Below, in pieces: positions 23,860-37,599 of a DNA stretch of 64,000 nucleotides. Source of the DNA: Carpediemonas membranifera BICM (lineage: Eukaryota; Protista; Fornicata); contig JAHDYR010000005.1 in assembly GCA_019828565.1 (NCBI GenBank), positions 1,741,408 through 1,805,407 of the forward strand, written 5' to 3'. The notes beneath the pieces were generated by a model that did no database searches, had not been told where the DNA came from, and saw only the letters and a list, made by a program, of their open reading frames with translations. Both the position numbers and the translations under genes were made by a program. Numbering within the stretch: position 1 is the first letter of the stretch; each line of letters opens with the position of its first letter.

Positions 23860-26800
23860 ATGGTATCCAGAGGAAAGTTGCTCGATTCGCCGCCGCAAGG
23901 CGACGAATCCTGCCATACATCCGATGAAGGACCTGGTACGTCTATTGACAAGCGATTAGCGCTGTTCGCTGCTCTTCTGCGGTGGATTAACGATTTCCAT
24001 CCCTCCAGCTCGAAGAACTCTTGGCCGAAGGATACTGAGGCCTTTATTGAGATCTGCATGAACAAAGAACGTCTATTGAGCCTTATTTCGGATTACAAGC
24101 GTTTCTTCACGGTGAGCAACTTGGTTTGGATAACCAACTACGTTCACGCGGCGACAAATCGCTTCGGCCCCGGCCACAAGGTGAAAGCTTCCCGCCGCGA
24201 CGATCACGTCGCAAATGCTGTCGCCATTCTGCACGCTGCAGCCACTGATCAGGCGTTCACATCAACGCTCACCATCGAACGTGCGAACGAGGCTCTTGAG
24301 CGTATGATCGAGCACGCCATCGACCCAGTGAAAGCGAGAAGGATGAACCTCCTTCAGACTGTCCGAGGCCCTCAGAGGACGACGTCTGTAACCGCCTTGG
24401 TGAAGCGGGTCCAGCATGCGCCCCGCCCAGCCAGCCCACCGAATGCGGGCATCGCCCGCGAGTATGCGAGGGCCGATGCCTTCGCCCGACGCCAGGGTGA
24501 CCGGCCCCCGAGCCCCACCCCTGCCGATGCTGCCCTCACCGACTCCGCTGTCGCCCTAACTGGGCCGCAGCCCGCAGCCGCCCCGCAGGGTGACAGGCCC
24601 CCGAGCCCCACCCCTGCCCGATGCTGCCCCCACCGACTCCGCTGCCGCCCTAACTGGGCCGCAGCCCGCAGCCGCCCCGCAGGGTGACAGGCCCACGCGC
24701 CAGATCCCCGCCCAGGTTGCCCCCACCGACTCCGCTGTCGCCCTAACTGGGCCGCAGCCCGCAGCCGCCCAGCGGGATGACCGGTCTACCGACCCCACCC
24801 CTGCCCCGGCTGCCCCCACCGACTCCGCTGCCGCCCACACTGGGCCGCAGCCCGCAGCTGCCCCGCAGGGTGACAGGCCCCCGAGCCCCACCCCTGCCGA
24901 TGCTGCCCCCACCGACTCCGCTGCTGCCCCAACTGGGCCGCAGCCCGCAGCCGCCCCGCAGGGTGACAGGCCCACGCGCCAGACCCCCGCCCAGGTTGCC
25001 CCCACCCAGCCAGAGGAGAGGAACATCGACGACACCGCAGTGTCCGAGTTCCTCTCCCTGGCGGGCGTCGAAGGCGGGGAAGGGGAGAGAGCTGAGTCAG
25101 AGACCGGGCACGATGCCCGTGGTGACTCAGCCAACCCTCCCCTTCGCCCGCCGCCGCAGGCAAGCCAAGGCCCTGAACCACGTACATTCGTATACACAGG
25201 ACCTGACGCTCTGGTTGCCGCTCATCAGCAGGTTGCGCCTGGGGGTGGCTAGACCTTGCCACGATTGATGGGATCCGCCGCACATTCGTTGAACATGTCC
25301 CCAGAGAGGACCGCAGCGGCATGTGGTCCACTAATGACCAAGTCAGATCGACGCTGACGTCAGTCGAGGCCGTCCGCTGGCTCTCCAGGGGGCAGAACGG
25401 GCAGAACCGCATGTCCAGAGCACGCTGGACGGCTCTCCTCGAGCAGGTCTTTGCGGCTCACCCGAGGAACCGGCCGACGTATGCGTTCCCGCAAGGCCTG
25501 AAGTCGTTCGCACCCAGGTTCGTGGCATTCATCCGCGAGGGACTTGGATTGCCACCTGACCCGGCCATCCCCGCGGTTCCAGGACAGTCGTCGAGTCGAC
25601 CCACTGCCCGTCGTGCGCCGTTGGTCCCGGCTCGGCCCCAGGCACAGCCGCACGCAACCTCCTCCCAGCAGCTGCCGGAGGAGCTCCGATTCCTGCCCTC
25701 GCCGACTGAGGCAGGAAGGATTGGGAAGGCCAAGCCGTCAAAGAAGGGCGCACTGCCGTTCGTGAAGGGCCTGATCAACCGCTTCGTAGCTCTCAACGAG
25801 GCTCCCGCCTCGCGGAAGCGAGCTGCCCTCATTGCTGTCCTACAGCATCCGCGCACGGTGTACAGGCCCTCAAAGGAGCCGGTCGGGCTCAGAAGCCGGA
25901 CACCTGAGTTTGCGGCGTATACCAAAGCAGCGGCCGGCTACTATTCGAGTGCGTTGAAGGTGCTCCTTGCGGAAGACCTCACACTGGCCCCGGCTGAAGT
26001 TGACGAGCAGTTGGAGGCGCTGCAGGAGGAGCCGGTGCTCAACCCGACCCTGTTCCACCCACCCAGGATGCCGGGTGCGCTTGAGTCGTTTGAGCTGACA
26101 GAGGAGGTCGTCACGCATGTCCTCGATCGACTGAAGACTGACTCGGCACCTGGGCCATCGGGCCTCAGTTTTCTACATCTGAAGCTGGCCTATAGACTGC
26201 GGAAAGGCCAGTTCGTCAGGGCAATAACGCCGCTTTTGCTCGACATCATCAGTGGCGAAAGGTACACTGAGATCCTCTCCCATGCCCGGCTAGTTGCGCT
26301 ACCGAAGGGGGCGGGCAACGTGCGCCCCATCGCCATGGGCGAGTGTCTACGCCGCGTGGCCGGGAAGGCTTTGGCCCGCGTGGTTGGCCTGCGCCTTGCC
26401 GCGGACGGGGTCTGCTCTGGCCAGTATGGACTGGGCGAGCCCTGTGGTCTTGACTGTATGGCTGACCTTCTGGCAGAGAGGTATGCAGCAGGCGACCAGG
26501 TATGTGCCGTCGACATGACTAACGCATATGGAACGGTGTCCAGGCAGCACCTCCGGGACGTCGCAGAGGCCTGGGTTCCCGCCCTGCTGCCGTACCTTGA
26601 GGTCATGTACCGTCAGGGGTCGTCTGATCACCCCTACAGGACTCGTCATTCCGTCCAGGGAAGGGGTACAGCAGGGGGATCCCATCTCTCCTGTCCTCTT
26701 CTCCCTGGCCATGAAACCTGTGCTAGACCAGCTGCGGTCTGAATTCCCGGACTGCGACCTGGTTGCATACCAGGATGATGCATACCTTGTCGCCCCCCGC

Positions 26801-28306
26801 GACACACCAAGCACACGTATTGATGCCTTCTTTGCTCGATGCGCCGCACTGGCGAACGGCGTGGGTATGAAGGTCAACGCGGCCAAGTGTGTTGTCATCT
26901 CGAAGTTCGGGGTTTCGGGGAACATCCGGCGCGCTGTGTGCGGAAAGGCGGTCGGTGTCCCCATTGGGGATGCTGATGGCGAGGCTGCGGTAGTCGATGA
27001 AGTGTTCTGTGGCATGGAAGCGGCCATCGAAAGAATCGTTGCGATGGTGGAAGCAGTTGGTCCTGTTTCGGCCGGTGTTGCCATCAATATGCTGAGATCG
27101 TGTGTTTTGGCAATGCCTTCGGCAATCTATCGGTCTGTCTCTCCAGTTCCCCACCAATCCAGGACAATTCAGCTGGAAAGGAAAATCCTTCGAGCGATTG
27201 GCGACATCCTGCAGAAAATGGGCAGATTGCAAGTTCCTACGCAGCGTATTGCGCTTGATTACGATGATTTCGGTCTTCGTATGCCTTTGCCATCGCTCGT
27301 GTGGAAGTGTGCATTTTTGGGCACAACACACCAACTGCACACACTACGCCCCAACAGGACCGTCCCTCACCTTGACGAGTCGCTTTTCAAGCTCGATGGC
27401 AGCGCTGTATGGCCTGAAAGTGTCGAGGCTCTCTATGAGATCGAGGCCATGAAGCCTCAGAAGAAGCTAACCAAATTCCATAGAGATGCATGGGTGCTTG
27501 AGTTCCGCCCCAATCAGCCTGCTGACTTCGAGTTATGCCCAGATGCCGCCGTTCAGGCTCTACCGGAGTCAGCTGGCCGCCCCGCCCCCGCTGCCGGAGC
27601 ACTCCGCAAGGAGGCCTCCCTCACGCCCTTGGAGCTCGATCCGGCTCCACTGGGGTCCCTCTTTGTTCCCATTGTGCGGGCGCACCTCGACACGGCCCCA
27701 TTCGAGGAGCTGCCTGAGGTCTGCCCGCTGTGCAACGCGCAAGCCATCACGTGGAAGCACGCCCTCTCGTGCCCCAACCAGACCGGAGGTGCCGACGATG
27801 CCCGCCATGACCACATTCGGGACGTTGTACAGGCCGTTGTCAGTGACGATGACATATCTGGCCGTCCAATGGCTGACGTGAAGCCCGAGCGCTGGCTCAC
27901 CCGGGCCCACCCCAGGTTCCGGCAGGTGTCTGCCAGAGCGCCCACCCGCAAGAGGGCCGACCTCAAGGTCTCTGGTGAGCGTGACGTGGTTGGCAACGTG
28001 GTCCATGACGACGTCTATGTCGATTTTTACTGTGGAGTCAACCCGCGCGCGGCTGAGCTGGAGAAGGCCAGGGAGTACCAGAACTGGGCTATTACATTTA
28101 TCCCAGCCGCCACCACCGTCCTGGGTGAGACTGAGTCCCGCATCACCGAGTGCTGGGCCGTGAAGCTCTGTGAGGCGATCGCCCGCCCCCACCTGGTCCC
28201 CAGGGTCAAGCACCGCACCTTCCTCTCGGTCTGGGCAGACAACATCCGCGTCTGGTCGGACTATGTCTCCCAGTGCAAGGCCCGTTGGGCCGAGCACCAC
28301 CAATAA
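23860..28306 (+). CDS. Retrotransposon polyprotein (U6), indels in homopolymer runs
   Basis: Track ORFs 23800-24687, 24590-25252, 25321-26742 and 26528-28306. Confidence 0.82.
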
Positions 28307-28497
28307 TCTGCCCTCCCCACAAAATGCCGGAGTCGCGACTCGGCTGACTCGGCCACTCTAGGCTGCGTCGTCCCCGAGCCCCCTGCGCCTCCCGCCCCAT
28401 CGCCGCATCGCATAACGCATCCCCTGCCCCTGCGCGAGAGTAGTTGCTCGAAATTCCGCGGAGTCGCGTGTCGTTCGGACAACCTGGGAAAGTAAAT
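23867..28497 (+). mobile_element. Unit U6: N-module alpha + about 5 linker repeats + body Y
   Basis: Same body as U4 and U8. Confidence 0.92.
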
Positions 28498-28503
28498 TCG
28501 GCC

Positions 28504-31500
28504 ATGGTATCCAGAGGAAAGTTGCTCGATTCGCCGCCGCAAGGCGACGAATCCTGCCATACATCCGATGAAGGACCTGGTACGTCTATTGACAAGCGAT
28601 TAGCGCTGTTCGCTGCTCTTCTGCGGTGGATTAACGATTTCCATCCCTCCAGCTCGAAGAACTCTTGGCCGAAGGATACTGAGGCCTTTATTGAGATCTG
28701 CATGAACAAAGAACGTCTATTGAGCCTTATTTCGGATTACAAGCGTTTCTTCACGGTGAGCAACTTGGTTTGGATAACCAACTACGTTCACGCGGCGACA
28801 AATCGCTTCGGCCCCGGCCACAAGGTGAAAGCTTCCCGCCGCGACGATCACGTCGCAAATGCTGTCGCCATTCTGCACGCTGCAGCCACTGATCAGGCGT
28901 TCACATCAACGCTCACCATCGAACGTGCGAACGAGGCTCTTGAGCGTATGATCGAGCACGCCATCGACCCAGTGAAAGCGAGAAGGATGAACCTCCTTCA
29001 GACTGTCCGAGGCCCTCAGAGGACGACGTCTGTAACCGCCTTGGTGAAGCGGGTCCAGCATGCGCCCCGCCCAGCCAGCCCACCGAATGCGGGCATCGCC
29101 CGCGAGTATGCGAGGGCCGATGCCTTCGCCCGACGCCAGGGAGACCGGCCCCCGAGCCCCACCCCCTGCCGATGCTGCCCCTCACCGACTCCGCTGTCGC
29201 CCTAACTGGGCCGCAGCCCGCAGCCGCCCCGCAGGGTGACAGGCCCCGAGCCCCACCCCCTGCCGATGCTGCCCCTCACCGACTCCGCTGTCGCCCTAAC
29301 TGGGCCGCAGCCCGCAGCCGCCCAGCGGGATGACCGGCCCCCCGAGCCCCACCCCCTGCCCAGGCTGCCCCCACCGACTCCGCTGCCGCCCTAACTGGGC
29401 CGCAGCCCGCAGCCGCCCCAGCAGGGATGACCGGCCCCGAGCCCCACCCCTGCCCAGGCTGCCCCCACCGACTCCGCTGCCGCCCCTAACTGGGCCGCAG
29501 CCCGCAGCCGCCCCGCAGGGTGACAGGCCCACGCGCCAGACCCCCGCCCAGGTTGCCCCCACCCAGCCAGAGGAGAGGAACATCGACGACACCGCAGTGT
29601 CCGAGTTCCTCTCCCTGGCGGGCGTCGAAGGCGGGGAAGGGGAGAGAGCTGAGTCAGAGACCGGGCACGAAGCCCGTGGTGACTCAGCCAACCCTCCCCT
29701 TCGCCCGCCGCCGCAGGCAAGCCAAGGCCCTGAACCACGTACATTTGTGTACACAGGACCTCCTGGCGCTCTTAACCAGATCACGGAGGCGCACCCTGGG
29801 CCAGCATCATCCACGCCTACCCAGGGGTGGCTGAGCCTTGCCAAGCTGGATCGACTCCGGCATAGGTTCACCGCAAACATCCCGACCCACCTGGTCGAGT
29901 CTCATTGGGGCTCGGCCGAGCAGGTAAGGTCCACACTCACGACAGCAGTCCGGGTCGGAGAAGTGTCCGGCGGGCAGAATGGCGTCCACAGGATGTCACG
30001 TGAACGCTGGACACAGCTTCTCGAGGGCCTCTTCGCGGACGAGCCGGACAGGCGGCCACCCTACAGCTTCCCCAAAGGGTTCAGGCAGTTCACGCCGAGG
30101 TTTGTGTTCTTCATGAGAGAGGCATGCGGTCTTCCGCCGGACCCTAGTGCTGAGGCCCCGCCCCATGCCGGGCCCAGCCAGCCCCCACGGAGACCGAGAG
30201 CAGCGCTCCTGCCCCTGCCGCCGGCCGACCCTCTCGCGGGCGACCTGCCGATCGAGCTGTCATATCTGCCTCACCCCGCGGAAGCCGGACGCATCGGCCG
30301 GGCGAAGCCCTCACGGAAGGCTGCCGCGGGATTCGTGAACGGGCTGATCCGGCTGCTCGTGACCCTGGCGAACGCGCCGCAGAACCGGAAGCGGGAGGCG
30401 CTAGCCGCCGTCCTTCGGCACGCGCGGACAGTATATCGCCCTGGGAAGAAGGGGATCTCCCTCCGCACCCGCTCCCCAGAGCGAGCTGCATACTCGAAGG
30501 CCGCCGCCGGGTATTACTCCAGCGCCATGAAGGTCCTGCTCTCTGAGGAGATGACACTCACGCCGGGTCAGATCGACCAGAAGCTGGAGGAGATGCAGGC
30601 CGCCCCGCTGAGAGATCCCCAGACGCCGGCTCTCACACGCCGCGCCGACGCGCTCACGTCCTTTGAGGTCACCTTCGAGGGCCGTAGACGAGGCGCTGGG
30701 GAAGATGAGAGCGGACTCGGCCCCCGGCCCATCCGGGCTGAGCTTCTTGCATCTGAAACTCGCTCATCGACTCCGGAAGGGCCAGTTGGTGCAGGCACTC
30801 CTGCCCCTTGTGCGCGACATCATTGCCGGCGAGGAGTACACGGGTATCCTCGCTCACGCACGGCTCATCGCACTGCCGAAGGGCGAAGATCGGGTCAGAC
30901 CCATCGCCATGGGCGAGGCGCTCCGGCGCCTGGCCGCGAAGGTCCTCGCCTCGGCCGTCTCGTCGCGTCTCCGTAATGACGGCGTCTGCCCTGAGCAGTA
31001 CGGGCTCGGCGAGAGCTGCGGCCTGGACGTTATGACCGCGAAAATTGCGGAAGCGTACGACGAAGGGCTCAAGGTCTGTGCTGTTGACATGACTAACGCC
31101 TACGGAACCGTGTCCCGCGCCCACCTCCGTGTGGTGCTCGAGGCGCACGCCCCAGCCGCCCTCCCCTATTTCTCCACCATGTATGGCGAGGGCAAGCTGC
31201 TGACCCCGACCGGGCACGTCATAGCCAGCCGAGAGGGCATCCACCAGGGGGACCCCCTGTCCCCAGCCCTCTTCACGCTGGCTATGACGCCCCTCCTCGG
31301 CAGCCTCCGGTCGCAACTTCCCAGTACGACCATCCTCGGCTACCAGGACGACGTGTACGGGCTGCTGCCCCGGCAGGCAGACCAGCGGACGATCGATACA
31401 TTCTACGCGCGTGTGGAGGCGGCGTGTGGAGCCGTCGGTATGCGGGTGAACCGACTGAAGTGCCTCGTCCTGGCGAAGACGGGGACACTGGGCCAAAAAA

Positions 31501-32860
31501 AGCGGACGGGTGCTCGGTATCCCCGTAGGCGACGACGCGGGCGTTGCCAACGCTGTGGACGCGGCCTTCTCGCGCATGGAGGACGCGCTCGTGCGGGTGG
31601 CCGAGATGACCGAGGCAGTGGGGCCGAAAGCGGCCTCGGTGGCGGTCAATCTGATCAGGTCTTGCGTTCTTCCGATGCCTTCGGCAATCTTTCGCAACGT
31701 GAGCCCGATTGGCCACGAATGCCGCACAAAAAAGCCTGGAGCGGAAGCTGAGAGCTGCCATCGCACGCATCCTTCAGGTATCCGACGTCACAAAGATACC
31801 CGAAGAGCGTCTAGCGCTCGATTTCGCCGACTACGGGCTCCGTATCCCTCTTCCGTCGCTCATCTGGAAGTGTGCATTTTTGGGCGCAGCCCACCAGCTG
31901 CACGCCCTAGGCATCACCCGGGACATGGAGGCGGCGCTGTTCTCTCCAGAAGAGTGCCAGGAGTGGCCCAAAACCATCCAGGAACTGTTTAGCATCGAGG
32001 CTGAAAAGCCGCAGAAGACACTCACTACGATGCTTGCAAAAGCCTGGACGGCCAAGTACCGCCCCAAGACACCCGCCGACTTCGGCCTAGACCCCGAGGA
32101 GGTCTCCCAGGGCCTCTCTGACTGCAGCTCCCTCGAGGCCCCCGCCGCCGGACTCCTCCGCAAAGAAGCCGCGCTGAGCCCCCTCGACCTCGAGCAGACC
32201 TCCTGCGACAGCGTGTTCGTCCCCGTCACCCGGGCGCACCTCAACATCGCCCCATTCCGCGAGATGCCGGTCACCTGCCCCCTCTGTGGCCAGCAGGACA
32301 TCACGTGGCGCCACGCCCTCGGCTGCTCCTACCTGAAGGATGGCGCGACCAACGCACGCCACGACAGCATCAAGATGGCTGTGCACGATCTCGTGACCCA
32401 GGACGACCTCCGCGGGCGCCCCATCCCCCACTGCAAGCCCGAGTTCGATCTGCTCGACACCCACCCTAGGTTCCGCGTCACGAGCGCCGACGCCCCCACA
32501 CACAAGCGGGCTGACCTCAAGGTCTGGGGCGAGCGCGACGTGGTCGGAAACGTCGTCCACGACGACGTCTACGTCGACTTCTACTGCGGTCTTCACCCCC
32601 GCGACGCCGAGACCGAGAAGACCCGGGAGTACGCCAACTGGGACGTCACCTTCCTGGTCGCCGCCACCACCGTCGGCGGCGCCACGGAGTCCCGCCTGAC
32701 CGCGGACTGGGCGGTGCAGTTTTGCGACGCCATTGCACGGCCGCACCTGGCGGGAACCATGCGCGACACGGCCTTCCTGAAGGCCTGGGAGGGCAACCTC
32801 AGCATCTGGAGTGACTATGTCAGCCAGTGCAAGGCCCGCTGGGCCGAGCTCAACCTATAA
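28504..32860 (+). CDS. Retrotransposon polyprotein (U7), indels in homopolymer runs
   Basis: Track ORFs 28444-29205, 29330-30976, 30663-31751, 31510-31992 and 31709-32860. Confidence 0.82.
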
Positions 32861-33052
32861 CCAGGTCCCTGCACAGAAATCTGGAGTCGCGACTCGGCTG
32901 ACTTGGCCACTCTAGGCTGCGTCGTCCCCGAGCCCCCCTGCGCCTCCCGCCCCATCGCCGCATCGCATAACGCATCCCCTGCCCCTGCGCGAGAGTAGTT
33001 GCTCGAAATTCCGCGGAGTCGCGTGTCGTTCGGACAACCTGGGAAAGTAAAT
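28511..33052 (+). mobile_element. Unit U7: N-module alpha + about 4 linker repeats + body X
   Basis: Same body as U1 and U5. Confidence 0.92.
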
Positions 33053-33058
33053 TCGGCC

Positions 33059-36000
33059 ATGGTATCCAGAGGAAAGTTGCTCGATTCGCCGCCGCAAGGC
33101 GACGAATCCTGCCATACATCCGATGAAGGACCTGGTACGTCTATTGACAAGCGATTAGCGCTGTTCGCTGCTCTTCTGCGGTGGATTAACGATTTCCATC
33201 CCTCCAGCTCGAAGAACTCTTGGCCGAAGGATACTGAGGCCTTTATTGAGATCTGCATGAACAAAGAACGTCTATTGAGCCTTATTTCGGATTACAAGCG
33301 TTTCTTCACGGTGAGCAACTTGGTTTGGATAACCAACTACGTTCACGCGGCGACAAATCGCTTCGGCCCCGGCCACAAGGTGAAAGCTTCCCGCCGCGAC
33401 GATCACGTCGCAAATGCTGTCGCCATTCTGCACGCTGCAGCCACTGATCAGGCGTTCACATCAACGCTCACCATCGAACGTGCGAACGAGGCTCTTGAGC
33501 GTATGATCGAGCACGCCATCGACCCAGTGAAAGCGAGAAGGATGAACCTCCTTCAGACTGTCCGAGGCCCTCAGAGGACGACGTCTGTAACCGCCTTGGT
33601 GAAGCGGGTCCAGCATGCGCCCCGCCCAGCCAGCCCACCGAATGCGGGCATCGCCCGCGAGTATGCGAGGGCCGATGCCTTCGCCCGACGCCAGGGTGAC
33701 CGGCCCCCGAGCCCCACCCCTGCCGATGCTGCCCTCACCGACTCCGCTGTCGCCCTAACTGGGCCGCAGCCCGCAGCCGCCCCGCAGGGTGACAGGCCCA
33801 CGCGCCAGATCCCCGCCCAGGTTGCCCCCACCGACTCCGCTGCCGCCCTAACTGGGCCGCAGCCCGCAGCCGCCCCGCAGGGTGACAGGCCCCCCGAGCC
33901 CCACCCCTGCCCAGGCTGCCCCCACCGACTCCGCTGCCGCCCTAACTGGGCCGCAGCCCGCAGCCGCCCAGCGGGATGACCGGTCTACCGACCCCACCCC
34001 TGCCCAGGCTGCCCCCACCGACTCCGCTGCCGCCCCTAACTGGGCCGCAGCCCGCAGCCGCCCCGCAGGGTGACAGGCCCACGCGCCAGATCCCCGCCCA
34101 GGCTGCCCCCACCGACTCCGCTGCCGCCCACACTGGGCCGCAGCCCGCAGCTGCCCCGCAGGGTGACAGGCCCCCGAGCCCCACCCCTGCCGATGCTGCC
34201 CCCACCGACTCCGCTGCCGCCCTAACTGGGCCGCAGCCCGCAGCCGCCCCGCAGGGTGACAGGCCCACGCGCCAGACCCCCGCCCAGGTTGCCCCCACCC
34301 AGCCAGAGGAGAGGAACATCGACGACACCGCAGTGTCCGAGTTCCTCTCCCTGGCGGGCGTCGAAGGCGGGGAAGGGGAGAGAGCTGAGTCAGAGACCGG
34401 GCACGATGCCCGTGGTGACTCAGCCAACCCTCCCCTTCGCCCGCCGCCGCAGGCAAGCCAAGGCCCTGAACCACGTACATTCGTATACACAGGACCTGAC
34501 GCTCTGGTTGCCGCTCATCAGCAGGTTGCGCCTGGGGGGTGGCTAGACCTTGCCACGATTGATGGGATCCGCCGCACATTCGTTGAACATGTCCCCAGAG
34601 AGGACCGCAGCGGCATGTGGTCCACTAATGACCAAGTCAGATCGACGCTGACGTCAGTCGAGGCCGTCCGCTGGCTCTCCAGGGGGCAGAACGGGCAGAA
34701 CCGCATGTCCAGAGCACGCTGGACGGCTCTCCTCGAGCAGGTCTTTGCGGCTCACCCGAGGAACCGGCCGACGTATGCGTTCCCGCAAGGCCTGAAGTCG
34801 TTCGCACCCAGGTTCGTGGCATTCATCCGCGAGGGACTTGGATTGCCACCTGACCCGGCCATCCCCGCGGTTCCAGGACAGTCGTCGAGTCGACCCACTG
34901 CCCGTCGTGCGCCGTTGGTCCCGGCTCGGCCCCAGGCACAGCCGCACGCAACCTCCTCCCAGCAGCTGCCGGAGGAGCTCCGATTCCTGCCCTCGCCGAC
35001 TGAGGCAGGAAGGATTGGGAAGGCCAAGCCGTCAAAGAAGGGCGCACTGCCGTTCGTGAAGGGCCTGATCAACCGCTTCGTAGCTCTCAACGAGGCTCCC
35101 GCCTCGCGGAAGCGAGCTGCCCTCATTGCTGTCCTACAGCATCCGCGCACGGTGTACAGGCCCTCAAAGGAGCCGGTCGGGCTCAGAAGCCGGACACCTG
35201 AGTTTGCGGCGTATACCAAAGCAGCGGCCGGCTACTATTCGAGTGCGTTGAAGGTGCTCCTTGCGGAAGACCTCACACTGGCCCCGGCTGAAGTTGACGA
35301 GCAGTTGGAGGCGCTGCAGGAGGAGCCGGTGCTCAACCCGACCCTGTTCCACCCACCCAGGATGCCGGGTGCGCTTGAGTCGTTTGAGCTGACAGAGGAG
35401 GTCGTCACGCATGTCCTCGATCGACTGAAGACTGACTCGGCACCTGGGCCATCGGGCCTCAGTTTTCTACATCTGAAGCTGGCCTATAGACTGCGGAAAG
35501 GCCAGTTCGTCAGGGCAATAACGCCGCTTTTGCTCGACATCATCAGTGGCGAAAGGTACACTGAGATCCTCTCCCATGCCCGGCTAGTTGCGCTACCGAA
35601 GGGGGCGGGCAACGTGCGCCCCATCGCCATGGGCGAGTGTCTACGCCGCGTGGCCGGGAAGGCTTTGGCCCGCGTGGTTGGCCTGCGCCTTGCCGCGGAC
35701 GGGGTCTGCTCTGGCCAGTATGGACTGGGCGAGCCCTGTGGTCTTGACTGTATGGCTGACCTTCTGGCAGAGAGGTATGCAGCAGGCGACCAGGTATGTG
35801 CCGTCGACATGACTAACGCATATGGAACGGTGTCCAGGCAGCACCTCCGGGACGTCGCAGAGGCCTGGGTTCCCGCCCTGCTGCCGTACCTTGAGGTCAT
35901 GTACCGTCAGGGTCGTCTGATCACCCCTACAGGACTCGTCATTCCGTCCAGGGAAGGGGTACAGCAGGGGGATCCCATCTCTCCTGTCCTCTTCTCCCTG

Positions 36001-37599
36001 GCCATGAAACCTGTGCTAGACCAGCTGCGGTCTGAATTCCCGGACTGCGACCTGGTTGCATACCAGGATGATGCATACCTTGTCGCCCCCCGCGACACAC
36101 CAAGCACACGTATTGATGCCTTCTTTGCTCGATGCGCCGCACTGGCGAACGGCGTGGGTATGAAGGTCAACGCGGCCAAGTGTGTTGTCATCTCGAAGTT
36201 CGGGGTTTCGGGGAACATCCGGCGCGCTGTGTGCGGAAAGGCGGTCGGTGTCCCCATTGGGGATGCTGATGGCGAGGCTGCGGTAGTCGATGAAGTGTTC
36301 TGTGGCATGGAAGCGGCCATCGAAAGAATCGTTGCGATGGTGGAAGCAGTTGGTCCTGTTTCGGCCGGTGTTGCCATCAATATGCTGAGATCGTGTGTTT
36401 TGGCAATGCCTTCGGCAATCTATCGGTCTGTCTCTCCAGTTCCCCACCAATCCAGGACAATTCAGCTGGAAAGGAAAATCCTTCGAGCGATTGGCGACAT
36501 CCTGCAGAAAATGGGCAGATTGCAAGTTCCTACGCAGCGTATTGCGCTTGATTACGATGATTTCGGTCTTCGTATGCCTTTGCCATCGCTCGTGTGGAAG
36601 TGTGCATTTTTGGGCACAACACACCAACTGCACACACTACGCCCCAACAGGACCGTCCCTCACCTTGACGAGTCGCTTTTCAAGCTCGATGGCAGCGCTG
36701 TATGGCCTGAAAGTGTCGAGGCTCTCTATGAGATCGAGGCCATGAAGCCTCAGAAGAAGCTAACCAAATTCCATAGAGATGCATGGGTGCTTGAGTTCCG
36801 CCCCAATCAGCCTGCTGACTTCGAGTTATGCCCAGATGCCGCCGTTCAGGCTCTACCGGAGTCAGCTGGCCGCCCCGCCCCCGCTGCCGGAGCACTCCGC
36901 AAGGAGGCCTCCCTCACGCCCTTGGAGCTCGATCCGGCTCCACTGGGGTCCCTCTTTGTTCCCATTGTGCGGGCGCACCTCGACACGGCCCCATTCGAGG
37001 AGCTGCCTGAGGTCTGCCCGCTGTGCAACGCGCAAGCCATCACGTGGAAGCACGCCCTCTCGTGCCCCAACCAGACCGGAGGTGCCGACGATGCCCGCCA
37101 TGACCACATTCGGGACGTTGTACAGGCCGTTGTCAGTGACGATGACATATCTGGCCGTCCAATGGCTGACGTGAAGCCCGAGCGCTGGCTCACCCGGGCC
37201 CACCCCAGGTTCCGGCAGGTGTCTGCCAGAGCGCCCACCCGCAAGAGGGCCGACCTCAAGGTCTCTGGTGAGCGTGACGTGGTTGGCAACGTGGTCCATG
37301 ACGACGTCTATGTCGATTTTTACTGTGGAGTCAACCCGCGCGCGGCTGAGCTGGAGAAGGCCAGGGAGTACCAGAACTGGGCTATTACATTTATCCCAGC
37401 CGCCACCACCGTCCTGGGTGAGACTGAGTCCCGCATCACCGAGTGCTGGGCCGTGAAGCTCTGTGAGGCGATCGCCCGCCCCCACCTGGTCCCCAGGGTC
37501 AAGCACCGCACCTTCCTCTCGGTCTGGGCAGACAACATCCGCGTCTGGTCGGACTATGTCTCCCAGTGCAAGGCCCGTTGGGCCGAGCACCACCAATAA
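33059..37599 (+). CDS. Retrotransposon polyprotein (U8), about 1510 aa; RT-CCHC-RLE body uninterrupted
   Basis: Track ORF 33976-37599 (1207 aa) has all RT motifs, CPLCNAQAITWKHALSC, RHD, RADL, VYVDF and EKAREY; the only breaks are two extra C in the linker repeats. Confidence 0.9.

Noticed and set aside
1260-37599. Frameshifts read as pseudogenisation or programmed frameshifting between two ORFs
   Set aside because: Most breaks are single-base indels in C/G/A runs (for example A7 near 4337 and A8 near 31495 versus A6 in U5), and they fall at different places in sister copies. U2 is open across the linker and U8 across the body. Long-read consensus error is more likely; read polishing is needed to confirm.
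33976-37599. Group II intron, retron or DGR reverse transcriptase
   Set aside because: The CCHC plus RLE C-terminus, the eukaryotic context and the absence of intron domain V/VI or a template/variable repeat pair argue against these.
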